From Mustelus asterias (lineage: Eukaryota): a stretch of DNA of 64,000 nucleotides. Shown here piece after piece: positions 25,356 to 37,488 of the stretch; the first letter of the stretch is position 1, and each line of letters begins with the position of its first letter. The notes below the pieces were generated by a model, which worked only from the letters and a program-made list of their open reading frames with translations, did no database searches and was not told the DNA's origin. The position numbers were made by a program, and so were the translations under genes. The DNA lies in NCBI RefSeq assembly GCF_964213995.1, contig NW_027590144.1, forward strand, positions 868,001-932,000, read 5' to 3'.

Positions 25356-26192
25356 CTGTTGGATATTTCTCATTACGCGTGAGCGATGTGTGCATAATTT
25401 AATTTCATTGCCCAACATCATGCGAATCTCGATGTTACATCCATATTATATTGGCTTTGACCTCGGCCTCAAATGTCTTTAGGAAAATCAGAAATTCTGT
25501 ATTTTAGGAAGCAATGGCAGCAAATAAATGTTTGCATTGTTTGTGCACATATTCGCAACTCGTTCAGTCCACAGCAGAATTGAATGAGTTTACAGGTACA
25601 GACTAACAAAGTTGATCACCATGAGAAACATTTCGAATAGTAGTCTGCCATAAGACAGACACAATTTAAACTGTAACTGAACTAGAGGAAATGGCATATA
25701 TTTCCCAGAAGCATCCTTTTTAAAATTGTTCTTCTTGATAAAAAAAAATAGGAAAAGCCACTCAGACAGATGACGAAATCAAGAATCAGTAGGAACCTGC
25801 TGGACTTCCTACAGATGAATGAGATTTAGTCATGTTGCATACAACGTTGTATATTTCAGAGATATGCAATTCAGAATGACATATGTGTTAAATAAATGTA
25901 TTGATAATAAATGTTGTAAAACGAGAAATACTGGGTATAACTGGTTGCAATTATTCGACGGAAGATGAGAATGATACATTAATGACAAAGAAATCATTGC
26001 TCGCTTAGATATTTGCCGGACGAACCTTTTTCAATTTTGAGATTCTAGAAAAGTTGAGATATCAGGTTGAAAGTAACAGATGTGTTCTTACATTAAGTGA
26101 CATGGGTCCTCAATCTAACCATCCGAACCTGCAACAACGCAGTAGAATTGAGCATTGTAGTCAGGCCAATTGGCGGCGCTGAGCTGTCACTT

Positions 26193-26265
26193 GTCTGTGT
26201 AGTGTAGTGGTTGTCACCTTCGCCTCACATACGACAAGTGCACGGTTCGAAACCAGGCAGAAGTC
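26193..26265 (+). pseudogene. tRNA-Val(CAC) pseudogene
   Basis: gtagtgtagtggttgtcac..ctcaca..ggttcgaaacc with many stem mismatches. Confidence 0.8.
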
Positions 26266-26868
26266 TTCATTAAGCTTTCTCAAAGAGAGTGAAGGAAATC
26301 TGCATGATTTCAGCTTGCTGCTGAACATTACCCTAATCTCTATGTTACAGCTGTATTATCTTTGCTCTGCTCCATGCCTCAAATTCTTCCTGTTAAATAA
26401 GAAACGCTGATTTCTCATGCATTGTCAGGAAAGAAACGTCTCTATTTTGACGACGTGCACACTTAGCATCTCGTTCAGTATCCAACAAAATTTAATGTGT
26501 TTACAGGTGCAGACTAACATAGTTAATCACACCTGAAACATGTCAAATAGTGTGTGCTCAAAAAGACAGACACAAATGATACTGGCAGTAAACTGAGGGA
26601 AATGGCGCACATTTTCCAGAAGAATGGTTTTTAAATTCGTTCTTCATAACAAAAACACAGGAAAAAAACACTCAGGTAAATGAGGAAATCGAGACTCAGT
26701 GCCGATCAAATGGGATTTCCTACAGATGGCCGAAATTTATGCGCCTGAATATTTCACACCCATAGCCAAAAAGGCTCAATATAACTAGCAGATTACAATT
26801 CAATCTCTTCCATTTAAAAATAGTTGACTTTGTTTAAAAGCTGGCTATGGTCAATCTCAAATAAGCAT

Positions 26869-27688
26869 CAAAGAACAAAGAACAAAGAACAATACAGCAC
26901 AGGAACAGGCCCTTTGGCCCTCCAAGCCCGCGCCGCTCCCCGGTCCAGGATTGAATCCTGAATCCAGGATCCCCGCCCAATTTTCCAGCCTATCTACATA
27001 CCAATATCCTATCCACCGAGCTGTCCCCCACAGCTACGATGCTTTGTTCATTACAACCTATTAACTCACCCCCACCCCCCCATTCCAGACCATGTGATCT
27101 CCAGGGAGAGGCGAAAACCCAGAGTGAAAAACCCCAGGGCCAATATGGGGAAAAAAAAATCTGGGAAATTCCTCTCCGACCCCCTGAGGCGATCGAAACG
27201 AGTCCAGGAGATCACAATGGCCCTGATCGGAAAATGCTTCCCAACCCTAGTCATTTCCACTTCCACGAGAAACAAGGAACAATTAGCCCGCGCCGCTCCC
27301 TGGTCCAAACTAGACCACTCTTTTGTATCCCTCCATTCCCATTCCGTTCATATAGCTGTCTAGATAAGTCTTAAACGTTCCCAGTGTGTCCGCCTCCACC
27401 ACCTTGCCCGGCAACACATTCCAGGCCCCCACGACCTTCTGTGTGAAATATGTCCTTCTGATATCTGTGTTAAACCTCCCCCCCTTCACCTTGAACCTAT
27501 GACCCCTCGTGAACGTCACCACCGACCCGGGGAAAAGCTTCCCACCGTTCACCCTATCTATGCCTTTCATAATTTTATACACCTCTATTAAGTCTCCCCT
27601 CATCCTCCGTCTTTCCAAGGAGAACAACCCCAGTTTCCCCAATCTCTCCTCATAACCAAGCCCCTCCATACCAGGCAACATCCTGGTA
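26869..27688 (-). mobile_element. CR1 3' fragment with long 3' UTR, inserted in an array unit; same family as 36946-42027
   Basis: Near-identical to 36946-37868 except for a ~100-bp deletion; (aaagaac)n tail on the + strand. Confidence 0.92.
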
Positions 27689-28112
27689 TGGGACATGGGA
27701 TCTGTATTACCCGGAGACTCGATTCCTTTTGTTGGCCAGTTATGTTTGCAATTCAGTGATATTCAATTTCAGAGATATTCAATTCATAAAGAGGATATAT
27801 GTGTTAAATAATGTTTTGATATTAAATATTGAATAACGAAACAAATGATGAGTACAACTGGTTGAGATTATTCGAAGGAAGATGAGAATGATGCATTAAT
27901 GAATGAGCAGAAATCATTGCTCCCTTAGATATTTGCCAGGCGAACGCTCTTGAATTTTGTAGTACAAGATAAGTTGAGAAATCAGGTTGAAAGTAATGGT
28001 TTTCTTCTTGAATCAAGTGTCATGAGCTCTCAGTCTAACCATTCGAACCTGCAGCAGCACTGCGCAGTTGAACATTACAGATGGGCCGATTTGCTATAGC
28101 GTGCGGTCAGGT

Positions 28113-28187
28113 GTTTATGTAGTGTAGTGGTTGTCACGTTTGCCTCATATGCCGAAAGTCTCCGGTTCGCAAACCGGGCAAGAAGCG
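28113..28187 (+). pseudogene. tRNA-Val-derived pseudogene (anticodon mutated to CAT)
   Basis: Val body with ct-CAT-at loop and indels in the anticodon stem and T loop. Confidence 0.75.
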
Positions 28188-29652
28188 CTGTTGGGTTTTT
28201 TTTCCGTTAAGCTTGAGCGAAGTCTGCCTGATTAAGTTTCATTGCTTAACATTAAGCGAATTTCGATCATGCATCAAATCAAATGCTTTTCGGAAAATCA
28301 GAAATGCTGTATTTTAGGACGCAATGGAATGAAATAAATATTTGTATTCTTTGTACACATATCCGCATCTCGTTCAGTCTACAACAGAATTTATTGGGTT
28401 TATGGATGCAGACGAACATAGTTAATCACCATCTGAAACATGTCTAATTATTGCGTGTTCATGAAGAGTGGCACAAGTAAAACTGTAACTGAACGAGAGG
28501 AAATGGCGCACATTGCCCAGGAGCATATTTTTTAAATTGTTCTTCATAATAAAGAAACAGAAAGAAACACTCAGACAGATGAGGAAATCGAGATTTAGGC
28601 GCCAGAATGTTTCACATACTGAATAAAGAAGGATCAGGTATAACTAACAGATCATTCTTAAATCCCTTTAAAAATACTTGATTTTGTTTAAAAGCTGATT
28701 GTGCTCAATCTCATATAAGCACCATGGCATATGTGTTACCGAGTGACTCGATTTCTTCTGTTGGTCAGTCATGTTTTCAAATCAATATTGTATATTTCAG
28801 AGATATTCAATTCAGAATGAGGACATCTGTGTTAAATAAAAGTATTGATATTAAATGTTGAATAACGAACAAATACTGGATATAACTGGTTGAAATTAAT
28901 TGACGGAAGATGAGAATGACGCATTCATGATTGAGCAGAAATCATTGCTCCCTTAGACATTTGCCAGATGAACGCTTTTAAATGTTGAAATTCAGGATAA
29001 GTTGAGATATCAGGTTGAAAGTAACGGTTGTCTTGTTGTATTGAGATACATGGACTCTCAGTCTCACCATTAGAATCTGCAGCAACGGAGCGGAGTTGAA
29101 CAATGCCGACAGTCCGATTGTACATTCCAGAGATATTAAATTCAGAATTAGGACATATACATAAAATAAATGGATTAATATTAAATATTGAATGAAGATG
29201 CGCTATTTAAGTGGATTGGGCATGCTAAATTGCCCATTGGGTTCGATAGATTAGCCATGGGAAAGGAGTAGTGTTACGGGAACAGGCCGCGGGAAAGGGG
29301 TGTAGTTACAATACTCCGGAGTCGCTGCAGATTCGTTGGGCTGAATGGCCTTTCCGGCACTGTCGGGATTCCATGATTCCATGAAACAAATACTGCGTAT
29401 AATTGGCTGAAAATGTTCGCAGGAATATAAGAATGAGGCAGAATGGAGGAGAAATCATTGCGCCCTGAGACATTTGGCGGGCGAACGCTTTTTAATTTCG
29501 ATGTGCAAGATAAGTTCAGATATCAGTTTGAAAGTAACGGATGTATTCTCGTATTAAGCGACATGGGCTCTCAATCTAACTGTGAGAACGTGCAGCAACA
29601 CAATGGAGTTGAACATTGTAGCCAGGTCAATTGGCCGCATTATGCTGTCACT

Positions 29653-29725
29653 TGTTCCGCAGCGCAGTGGCTATCGCGTTCACTTATCACGTGGAAAGTC
29701 CTTAGTTCAAAACCGGGCAGAAACA
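29653..29725 (+). pseudogene. tRNA-Val-derived pseudogene
   Basis: Degenerate Val body ending ccgggcagaaaca, in the standard unit context. Confidence 0.7.
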
Positions 29726-30304
29726 TTCATTAGTGTTTCCCTTGTCTATTGAGGGAAGTCTGCATGATTTCAGTTTGTTGCCGAACATTATCGAAAGCTG
29801 AATGTAACAGCCATATTATCTTTGCTGTGACCTCGGTATCAAATGCTTTCACCAAAATCAGAAATGCTCATTTTTATGACACAGTCGCAGCAAAGAAACA
29901 TTCATGTTTCGACACTGTGCATATGTTAGCATCTCATTCAGCCTACAACAGAATTTAATGTGTTTATAGGTGCAGACTAACATAGTTAATCACCATCTGA
30001 AACATGTCTAATAGTAATGTCTGCTCAAAAAGACAGATACAAATGATACTGTAACCGAACTAAGGGAAATTACGCACATTTTCCAGAAGCCACTTTTTAA
30101 AAATCGATATTCCTAATAAAGAAATACGAAAAACGACTCAGACAGATGAGGAAATCGAGACTCAGTGCGGATCTACTGAACGTTCGATTCCGTGGACGGA
30201 ATTTAGGCGCCTGAATGTTTGACATTCATAATAAAAAGGGATTAATTAGAACTAACAGATAATTCTTCAATCATTTCCATTTAAAAATAGTTGACTTTGT
30301 TTCA

Positions 30305-30510
30305 AACCCTTTGCCGCAGAAGGCTGCGGAGGCCGGTCAATGGGTGTCTTTAAGACAAAGATAGATACGTTCTTGATTAACAAGGGGATGAGGGGTTATG
30401 GGGAAAAGGCAGGGGAATGGGATGAGGAAAATATCAGCCATGATTGAATGGCGGAACAGACTCGATGGGCCGAGTGGTCTAATTCTGCTCCTATGTCTTA
30501 TGATCTTATG
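30305..30510 (+). mobile_element. CR1 extreme 3' fragment within an array unit
   Basis: gagtggtctaattctgctcctatgtcttatg tail. Confidence 0.75.
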
Positions 30511-30952
30511 GAAATCTGGCTATCTCAAATACGCACAAATGGGACCTGCAGTACTCGGTGACTCGATTCTTTTGTTGGTCAGTTATGTTTGCAATTCAGC
30601 AATATTCAATTTCAGAGATATTCAGTTCATAATGAGGACGTGTTAAATAATGTATTGATATTAAATATTGAATAACGAAACAAATACTAAATACAATTTA
30701 TTGAGATTATTCGAAGAAAGATGAGAATGATGCATTAATGAATGAGCAGAAACCATTGCTGCCTTAGATATTTGCCAGACGAAAGCTTCTAAATTTGGAA
30801 GTTCAAGGCAACTTGAGATATCAGGTTGAAAGGAACGGACGTCTCCTTGGATTAAGTGACATGAGCTCTCAATCTCACAATTAGAACTTTCAGCAACACA
30901 GTAGGGTTGAATATTGTAGTCAGGCACGATTGGCGGTGCGTTGCTGTCTTTT

Positions 30953-31028
30953 GTTTCTGTCGTGCAGTGGTGGTTGTCACGTTCGCTTCACACGTGAGAC
31001 ATCGCCGGTTTGAAACAGGGCAGGAGCA
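30953..31028 (+). pseudogene. tRNA-Val(CAC) pseudogene
   Basis: Val body with a 3-nt D-loop insertion and a broken T arm. Confidence 0.75.
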
Positions 31029-31468
31029 TTCTTTAAGCTTCCTCATGCAGGGTGAGGGAAATCTGCGTGATTTCAGCTTGTTGCTGAACATTATCCGAAT
31101 CTCGATGTTGCAGCCATCTTATCTTTGCTCTGACCTCGGCTCAAATGTTACTTCAAAATCAGAAATGCTGAATGTTATGACGCAAATTTTACAAAATTGT
31201 GTAAATTCTCTAAGGTAATTTGAATTATCTCAAAAATGCATTTGAGATTAACATTCATTTAATGTCTTAAACTGACTTAATGCAAATCTTTCGTAGAATT
31301 TAACTTAAAATAGTCGGCTTCTGTTGAAAAACAATTAGATAACATTAACTTCTCCAGAGAAGCTGACTAAAGTTCGTCAGCATTTATCTCAATCGGTCTA
31401 AAGTTATAAAGTCAACTCTCTTATCGAAAGTAACATGGAATTTGTGAACATAGTTTAAAAGTTTACGC

Positions 31469-31542
31469 CGAGCCAGCGAGGAATCAAACCATGGAATCTT
31501 CTGACTTACAGTCAGATGCATGATCCATTGTGCTACTGGCCC
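31469..31542 (-). pseudogene. tRNA-Arg(ACG)-family pseudogene (loop now reads GTA)
   Basis: Reverse complement gggccagtagcacaatggatcatgcatctgact-gta-agtcagaagattcc..ctggctcg matches the Arg-ACG body. Confidence 0.75.
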
Positions 31543-32489
31543 ACTTGCCAATGCGCGGCAGTTGTTACATATTGGTCCGATGCTTCGAAATCAGGCAGAA
31601 ACTTTGTCAAAAACTCTGCGTTGTTTTGTGAGGAAATGTTCCATCATCAGCATAGTCTTTGTTCATTTACAATCATCCCAAAATTGCCTTCGAAATGAGT
31701 TGCTGAGTAAATCTGCTGTGTTGTAACTCAAATGCTGTCGAAAGACAATAGGACTACCCAACCACTAACCATTCCCCTCAGTGAATCAACTGTCGAATAG
31801 TACTTGAATATTGTATTTTATACCCAAATGACATTAGCTGTTACGTATGCCGCAATAGGCAGTCTGAAAAACGAAGTAGAAGTGTTGAAAATTCTCTGTA
31901 CCCTGAGCAGGAAAAGAAACGCTCCTATTTTGACTCAACACACATTTTATCAGTTCATGCAGTGGCTACAAGAACAGGTCAGAGGCTAGGAATCCTGGGG
32001 CGAGCAACTCAGCTGACTCCCCAACGCCTGTCCACCATCCACAAGGCACAAGTCAGGAGTGTGATGGAATATTCTCCACTTATCTGAGTGATGCAGGAAC
32101 TCACCAAATATAAATTAGAGAGCCCCTTCCAAACACAAGACCGCTACAACCTGGAAGTTCCTCTCCAAGCCAATCACCATCCTGACTTGGAAATATATCG
32201 CTGTTCCTTTTTCGGTCACTGGGACAAGGCCCTGGAAAAGAAACATCCAGCTAGCTGCCTGAATGGGCAATCATGGGGTCCATTGAACTGGTGAATGGTG
32301 ATCAAATGAATATTCCCTGACAAGTCAACCCTTTTGAAAATGTTTTTCTAGCGAGAGTGTTGGGCTGATGGATTCCCTGCAGCTTGTGCTCAGGTTCTCA
32401 AACCAAACCCCGTGTGAACCAATCCCGCCTTCTGTACCGGAAATAAATGAACAAAATCTGCGGATTCGGCAATAAGAAACAACATTAAA

Positions 32490-32575
32490 CGGCTCGTCTG
32501 GGATTTGAACCCCATACTTCTCGCCACCATTTAGCTTTGAAATGCCCAAACCGAAAATCATACCCCTAGATCTGC
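32490..32575 (-). pseudogene. Intron-containing tRNA-Pro(TGG) pseudogene
   Basis: Reverse complement tctaggggtatgattttcggtt-tgg-g[catttcaaagctaaatggt]ggcgagaag..ggttcaaatcccagacgagcc; the 5' acceptor strand is lost. Confidence 0.75.
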
Positions 32576-32689
32576 TGTAATTTTGGAAAGTGAATAGATA
32601 TTCTCTTCTTCGTAAAAATAGAAGAGCAGGAAATATTTGAAAAAGTTAAGTGTTAAAATTCAAAGCAAAATCGGTGTTTTATACAAGCA

Positions 32690-33360
32690 ATGCATAAAGC
32701 TAGCATGTAGGTTCAGCAAATAACTAGGAAGCGAAGTTGCATTTTGGTATTTAATGCCGGCAGACTGGAGTACAAGAATAACGAGGTGTTGCAGCATTTA
32801 GATTTGTTGAGACCACATGTTGAATATTCAGAGCAGTTATGATATTCACGTTTAATTAAGGATATGCCTTCATTAGGAACGGTACAGAGAATGCTGAACA
32901 GATTGGTCCCGAGATGTGGGAGTTGTCCTGTGAAGAGAGGCTGAGTAAATTGGGCTGAAATTCTCTGGAGTTTCGAAGAATGAGCGGCGATCTCATTAAA
33001 CTTATACAGTTCAAATTTGGATTGAAAGATGGAGATAAGAGATTATTTTTCTGCTGCTCGGGTAATCTAACCCACGGCGGCACAGATAACTGGCTGATCA
33101 TTTAGGGCTAAGATAAGGAGAAATTTCTTCACTCAAAGGGCTGAGAATATTTGGCATCCTCTGTACTTGGCAGTTATGTAGACCCCATCATCGAGCATAT
33201 TTAATGTTGGGATCAACAGGTTTCTGGTTTCTTGGGGAATTCAGGAATATAGGGAGCTGGTGGAAAAGCTGAGTTGTCGCTCAAGATCAGCCATGATGGC
33301 GTTGAATGGCGGAAAGGTCTCCATGGACCGAATGGTCTGCTTCTCCTCCAATGATTCATG
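32690..33360 (+). mobile_element. Old CR1 3' fragment
   Basis: Degenerate RPH.EY, EERLSKLG and FFTQR motifs plus a tail. Confidence 0.75.
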
Positions 33361-33497
33361 TTGTAATAAAAATGGAAAGTGCTGGGATTTCTCAGCAGGG
33401 CATGCAAAAAATGTGGATCAAGACAGAGTTAAGTTTCCGTGTTCAATATCACTCTTTTCAAACCGTAACCGTGTGTGAATTATAACAATTAGCACAA

Positions 33498-33562
33498 TAT
33501 CGAGACTGCGAATTGAATTGGATCCAGGCAGTGAAAGCCCTGAATTTAAACCACTGCAGGAT
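33498..33562 (-). pseudogene. Highly degenerate tRNA-Glu(TTC) remnant
   Basis: Reverse complement agtggtttaaattcagggctttcactgcc resembles the Glu-TTC D and anticodon arms. Confidence 0.45.
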
Positions 33563-33656
33563 TTCTGTAGGAAACTTGTTCAGTAAAGTTAGCTGCCAAC
33601 TGGAAGGCTGGAGGTTTCAGAGCACCCGAGCCAAATAGACTCCCTCAATTCCTGTT

Positions 33657-34622
33657 TCTAGAACAGTACAGCACAGAACAGGCCCTTCGGCCCACGATTT
33701 TGTGCCGAGCTTTATCTGAAACCAAGATCAAGCTATCCCACTCCCTATCATCCTGGTGTGCTCCATGTGCCTATCCAATAACCGCTTAAATGTTCCTAAA
33801 GTGTCTGACCCCACTATCACTGCAGGCAGTCCATTCCACACCCCAACCACTCTCTGCGTAAAGAACCTACCTCAGATATCCTTCCTATATCTCCCACCAT
33901 GAACACTATAGTTGATCCCAACATTAAATATGCTCGATGATGGGGCCTACATAACTGCCAAGCACAGAGGATGCCAAATATTCTCAGCCCTTTGAGTGAA
34001 GAAATTTCTCCTTATAGTTGTAGTAGCTCCATCCAGCCGAGGAAATAGTCTTTGGACGTTCACTCTATCTATCCCCTTCATCATTTTATAAACCTCTATT
34101 AAGTCTCCCCTCAGCCTCCTCCGCTCCAGAGAGAACAGCCCTAGCTCCCTCAACCTTTCCTCATAAGACCTATCCTCAAAACCAGGCAGCATCCTGGTAA
34201 ATCTCCTCTGCACTCTTTCCAGCGCTTCCACATCCTTCATATAGTGAGGTGACCAGAACTGCACACAATATTCCAAATGTGGTCTCACCAAGGTCCTGTA
34301 CAGTTGCAGCATAACCCCACGGCTCTTAAGCTCCAACCCCCTGTTAATAAAAGCTAACACACTTCTTCGTAGCTCTATCCACTTGAGTGGCAACCTTTAG
34401 AGATCTGTGGATATGGACCCCAGGATCTCTCTGTTCCTCCACAGTCTTCAGAACCCCACCTTTGACCCTGTAATCCACATTTAAATTAGTCCTACCAAAA
34501 TGAATCACCTCACATTTATCAGGGTTAAACTCCATTTGCCATTTTTCAGCCCAGCTTTGCATCCTATCTAAGTCTCTTTGCAGCCTACAACAGCCCTCCA
34601 CCTCATCCACTACTCCACCAAT
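33657..34622 (-). mobile_element. CR1 3' fragment, same subfamily as 15720-17385
   Basis: ORFs 33947-34393 and 34344-34718; near identity to 15730-16535. Confidence 0.9.
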
Positions 34623-35355
34623 ATATTCCGACATAGATATTCTTTGTGTCCTTCTGCAACAGGGAAGTACTGTCCAAACTTTGCCAGTCTTGTTGCTATT
34701 CAGTAAGTTGTCATACAAATCGATCGATGAATATTCATTTCAAATAAAACGAGATATATTAGTTCATGCTGCTGCATCGTTCCAACCTATTCGAAATATG
34801 GGATTCACAGTAACTGTAGTTGCAGATATAGAACTGGAACACACCATCACACCGAGTGAATCCACTGTCTGTTTAAATGTTGATCAGTGAAAATTTCAAT
34901 CATCATCTGCTGTGGAACATACGGCCATTGAGTCAATAAGCAATAGCCAGTCAAAAAAAGCCTCAATCATTCAACATTTCTCGCAACTTTCAAACATGTT
35001 GTTATTCTCTGTCCCATTTGCCATTCAGGTACATGAATAAGTGACCTCAGTTTGTGATGGTAAAAATGTTTTCAACCCCTCTGGGAACTGAATCAGATGC
35101 ACAGAGGAATACACACAGACACCGAGACTGACAGAGGGCTGACAAGACACAAACACCCATAGATCAAGGATGTCACCAACTAGGTTCAGTTTTGTTCCAT
35201 TTCTGGCTGGGGTTTTGGTGAATTCAAGCTGATGAACAGAAATGAAGGAACGGGGAAGTAAAGCAGGAAAAACAGATGGGAATATTTGGAATGTTTTGAT
35301 TCCATTGAACGAATAATTAATTCTGCAGTCACCTACAGGAATTAATGCTGAGCAG

Positions 35356-35433
35356 CGCAGTGGGGGAGGTTCAAATCTTCGTGATAAAACAGCAATTTCA
35401 AATCCACCGCCTAAGCCGCTTGGCCACCACTGC
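35356..35433 (-). pseudogene. tRNA-Ser(TGA) pseudogene
   Basis: Reverse complement gcagtggtggccaagcggcttaggcggtggatt-tga-aatt...tttgaacctcccccactgcg; the acceptor stem still pairs. Confidence 0.65.
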
Positions 35434-35594
35434 AACCGGTGTCAATGTGTTAGTGTTACTCATATAAAACTATTGAATAGTTACAACAACAAAAGGGAAC
35501 ATTTGGTCCGAGGAGGTCACGCTGCACCTTTCATCACTCTTTTTTCTTCCTTACAAAATGCCACTTGTCGAACAGACAAATGAGCTGCACTTTT

Positions 35595-35674
35595 TGGCAG
35601 TAGCGGGATTTGAACGCACACAGTTTCAGATATGAAGTTTAAATTAAGCAACTAAAACCATTCGGCCCAATACC
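35595..35674 (-). pseudogene. Degenerate tRNA-Leu pseudogene
   Basis: Reverse complement ggtattgggccgaatggt...gttcaaatcccgctactgcca. Confidence 0.55.
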
Positions 35675-35963
35675 AGTCGAAGCCACGTGCTAACTGTTGC
35701 TCAGAGTGATATCGGCAACGTGTTAGAATATAATTGGGATTTTGGATAGAACATTTCGCCCCTCAAGCCCCTCACAATATTTTGGAATCATAGCCAAGCA
35801 ACTGTTTTCCATCTGTCACATTTCTGACTTTTCCAGCTCTGATGAAAGATCCAGCTGCAAGATTGGTTTTGTTTCTCACTCCACAGACGCTGCCAGATCT
35901 GGTTTCATTCAATGAGGGATTGCTTTTCATGGTGTCAGTTCACACAGCAACACAAACGAATTA

Positions 35964-36035
35964 ATCTCTGGCTGGGAATTCATTCCAGACCACAGTGATG
36001 AAAGTGCCAAATCCAAACCACTGGTCCAGCAGGGA
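35964..36035 (-). pseudogene. tRNA-Glu(TTC) pseudogene
   Basis: Reverse complement tccctgctggaccagtggtttggatttggcact-ttc-atcactgtgg...attcccagccagaga. Confidence 0.65.
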
Positions 36036-37488
36036 AGCTGACAGTGACTTTCCCAATCAGCGGATCATCGTCATTTTAGCCATTCTCTTCCTTCCCTTCC
36101 GGCACACAACAGACAGGTTTCTCATTTTTAAAAAAATACTCTGCTTATTTCCACATTTGTCACCTGCCATCGAGCCCATGGTCGTGAAAACGATGACTTT
36201 GCACCATTGGAACCCCCGAGTTCCGCCATCACCAGCTCAATGTTGCCTTGTCTATCATTCCTTGTGTCAAATAATACATCCTCCCTAGTTTTCTGTGACA
36301 AACCTCACCTTCTGCCATTTTTAATGAGTGACCCCTGACTTCACAATTAGAAAATGCAGGAGAAGCCCATCAGACTATTTAAAAATTGCAAATATATGAA
36401 TAAGAGAACTTTGCCCTCAGTCTGCAATGAAAATGATTTGGGGAAAAAATGCTACCAGTTTCATGCCGTGGGAGGCGGACGCGATAACTGTCGTGGAATT
36501 ATTCCTGTAATTGGCTGAACACTTCTCTGGTGTTGAAACAGAAGGTGCCATTTTGCAGGAGAAGTTTGTGGTGCAAGTGGTCTGGCGTGGAAATTAAAAT
36601 AACAAAAGGATCGTGGACAGAGCAAATTGTAAAACACGTTGCAATCTGTTGGTCTGGTGGTTAGAGTTTGAAACTTTCACTGCTGTTTTGATTGCAGGTC
36701 AGGAAATGAAGATTTATTGCTCTCCTTCAAACCGTGAGAACAAATATCAGTTATTTCCTGGCAGAACGCACAAATTTCAGTCTCGCCTTGTGTCCTGTTC
36801 CTTCCTCAAGTTCAACAGGAAGCCATATTGTCCTTTCTGGGAGCCAGACGAGGTTAAGGACAGTTTAAATGGAGCCGGCCCTTCACTGCAGCTCATTGTG
36901 TTTCTGACTGGAGGTGATTTTTGTTTGCTTCACATTTCAGGATCAAAGAACAAAGAACAAAGAACAATACAGCACAGGAACAGGCCCTTCGGCCCTCCAA
37001 GCCCGCGCCGCTCCCCGGTCCAGGATTGAATCCTGAATCCAGGATCCCCGCCCAATTTTCCAGCCTATCTACATACCAATATCCTATCCACCGAGCTGTC
37101 CCTCACAGCTATGATGCTTTGTTCATCACAACCTATTAACTCACCCCCACCCCCGCCCCCTTCCAGACCATGTGATCTCCAGGGAGAGGCGAAAACCCAG
37201 AGTGAAAACCCCAGGGCCAATATGGGGGAAAAAAATCTGGGAAATTCCTCTCCGACCCACTGAGGCGATCGAAACGAATCCAGGAGATCAGACTGGCCCG
37301 GATCGGAAAATGCTTCCCAACCCTATTCATTTCCACTTCCACGAACACCATATGAATTCCCTGCCCCCGAGACAGGTTCCCAACTATCCGCAGTCTCGCT
37401 CTGTACTGGCACCAGCAAGATGATCATAGAATGAAGCCTTGAAACGAGAAACAAGGAACAATTAGCCCGCGCCGCTCCCTGGTCCAAA

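Larger units (their letters stand above)
24645..31190 (+). repeat. Left block of degenerate tandem tRNA-Val gene array (~1-1.5 kb units)
   Basis: Recurring spacer blocks (catctcgttcagtctacaacagaatttaatgggtt; ctcagacagatgaggaaatcgaga; tcaggttgaaagtaacgg) surround each tRNA-Val-like copy. Confidence 0.88.

Noticed and set aside
31469-31542. Anticodon-switched tRNAs (Arg body with GTA; Val body with CAT at 28113) as recoding tRNAs
   Set aside because: Both have broken T arms or indels, so the anticodon changes are best explained by neutral decay.
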